From Lama glama (lineage: Eukaryota), in NCBI GenBank assembly GCA_028534125.1, contig CM052817.1:82834001-82898000 (forward strand): a stretch of DNA of 64,000 nt, read 5' to 3'. The notes under the pieces are model-generated. The model saw only the letters and a program-made list of their open reading frames with translations. It was not told the DNA's origin and did not search any database. Both the position numbers and the translations under genes were made by a program. Shown in pieces: positions 63,441 through 64,000 of this stretch. How positions within the stretch are numbered: position 1 is the stretch's first letter; each line of letters begins with the position of its first letter.

Positions 63441-64000
63441 GAGAGAGCTGATGGGTGGGGCCAATTCCCAGGGCTGCTGGTTGCAGGGGGCGAGGGACCC
63501 CCGGGCCAATACAGGTCCAGTGGTAGGTGGGACTGGGTCCCAAGTCAGCTGGCTGCACAGCCTGGGGAAATTGGGGCTAGTGCTGGCCCACTGAGGGGTG
63601 GAACCAGGTCCTAGCACAGCTGGCTGTGGGTGTCGAGGGGGCAAGAGCTGGTTCTAGCCCCCTGGTGAGCAAGGCCAAGTCCCAGGGTGGCTGGTTGTGG
63701 GGCCCAGGTGTGCCTAGGCATGGTGCTTGTCTACTGTTGGATAGGTAAGCCTCCCAGCACCAATAGGCTGGAATAAAGACTCCAAATTGGTGCTTGCCAT
63801 CATCATTGTCCTAATGGTAGGACAAGCTCCTCCAAAATGACTGCCACTGGCATCTGTGTCCCCAGGGGGAGTCCTACTTGCCTTCTGCCTCTCTGGGAGG
63901 CTCTCCAAGATTAGCAAGTGGGTCTGACCCAGGCTCTTTTCAAATTACTGCCTTGGCATTCAGACTCGGAGTGTGCGAGATTTTGCACACATCCATTAAA
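63441..64000 (-). mobile_element. L1 5' UTR (laurasiatherian/artiodactyl type), running off the window
   Basis: GC-rich monomer-like repeats (gggtggctggttgtggggcccagg) and gctctccaagattagcaagtgggtctgacccaggctcttttcaaattactgcc...gactcggagtgtgcgagattttgc. Confidence 0.75.

Overview
Mammalian (eutherian) nuclear genomic DNA, AT-rich and dominated by old interspersed repeats: L1M-type LINEs, L2, MIR, MaLR/ERVL LTRs, an ERVL internal region, and hAT/Tigger DNA transposon fossils. The youngest L1 (54361-55441) has a 3' UTR I recognise as cetartiodactyl, most like camelid L1; no Alu, Bov-tA, PRE-1 or SINEC was seen. I recognise no protein-coding exon, RNA gene or CRISPR array, and the supplied ORFs look like chance or repeat-derived frames. 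Most L1 pieces lie on the + strand, and several well-formed splice-site pairs lie on the - strand, so the window is probably intronic to a large - strand gene or lncRNA (inference). I found no convincing new biological system. The best second-look items are a probable L1 3' transduction of a Tigger1 end, an inverted gag duplication replacing part of ERVL pol, a solo LTR with duplicated NRF1 plus NF-E2/ARE modules, a palindromic CTCF site, and a CpG-retaining zone over old LTRs. Repeat family names come from recognition by eye, not from a RepeatMasker run, and boundaries are approximate unless TSDs are given.
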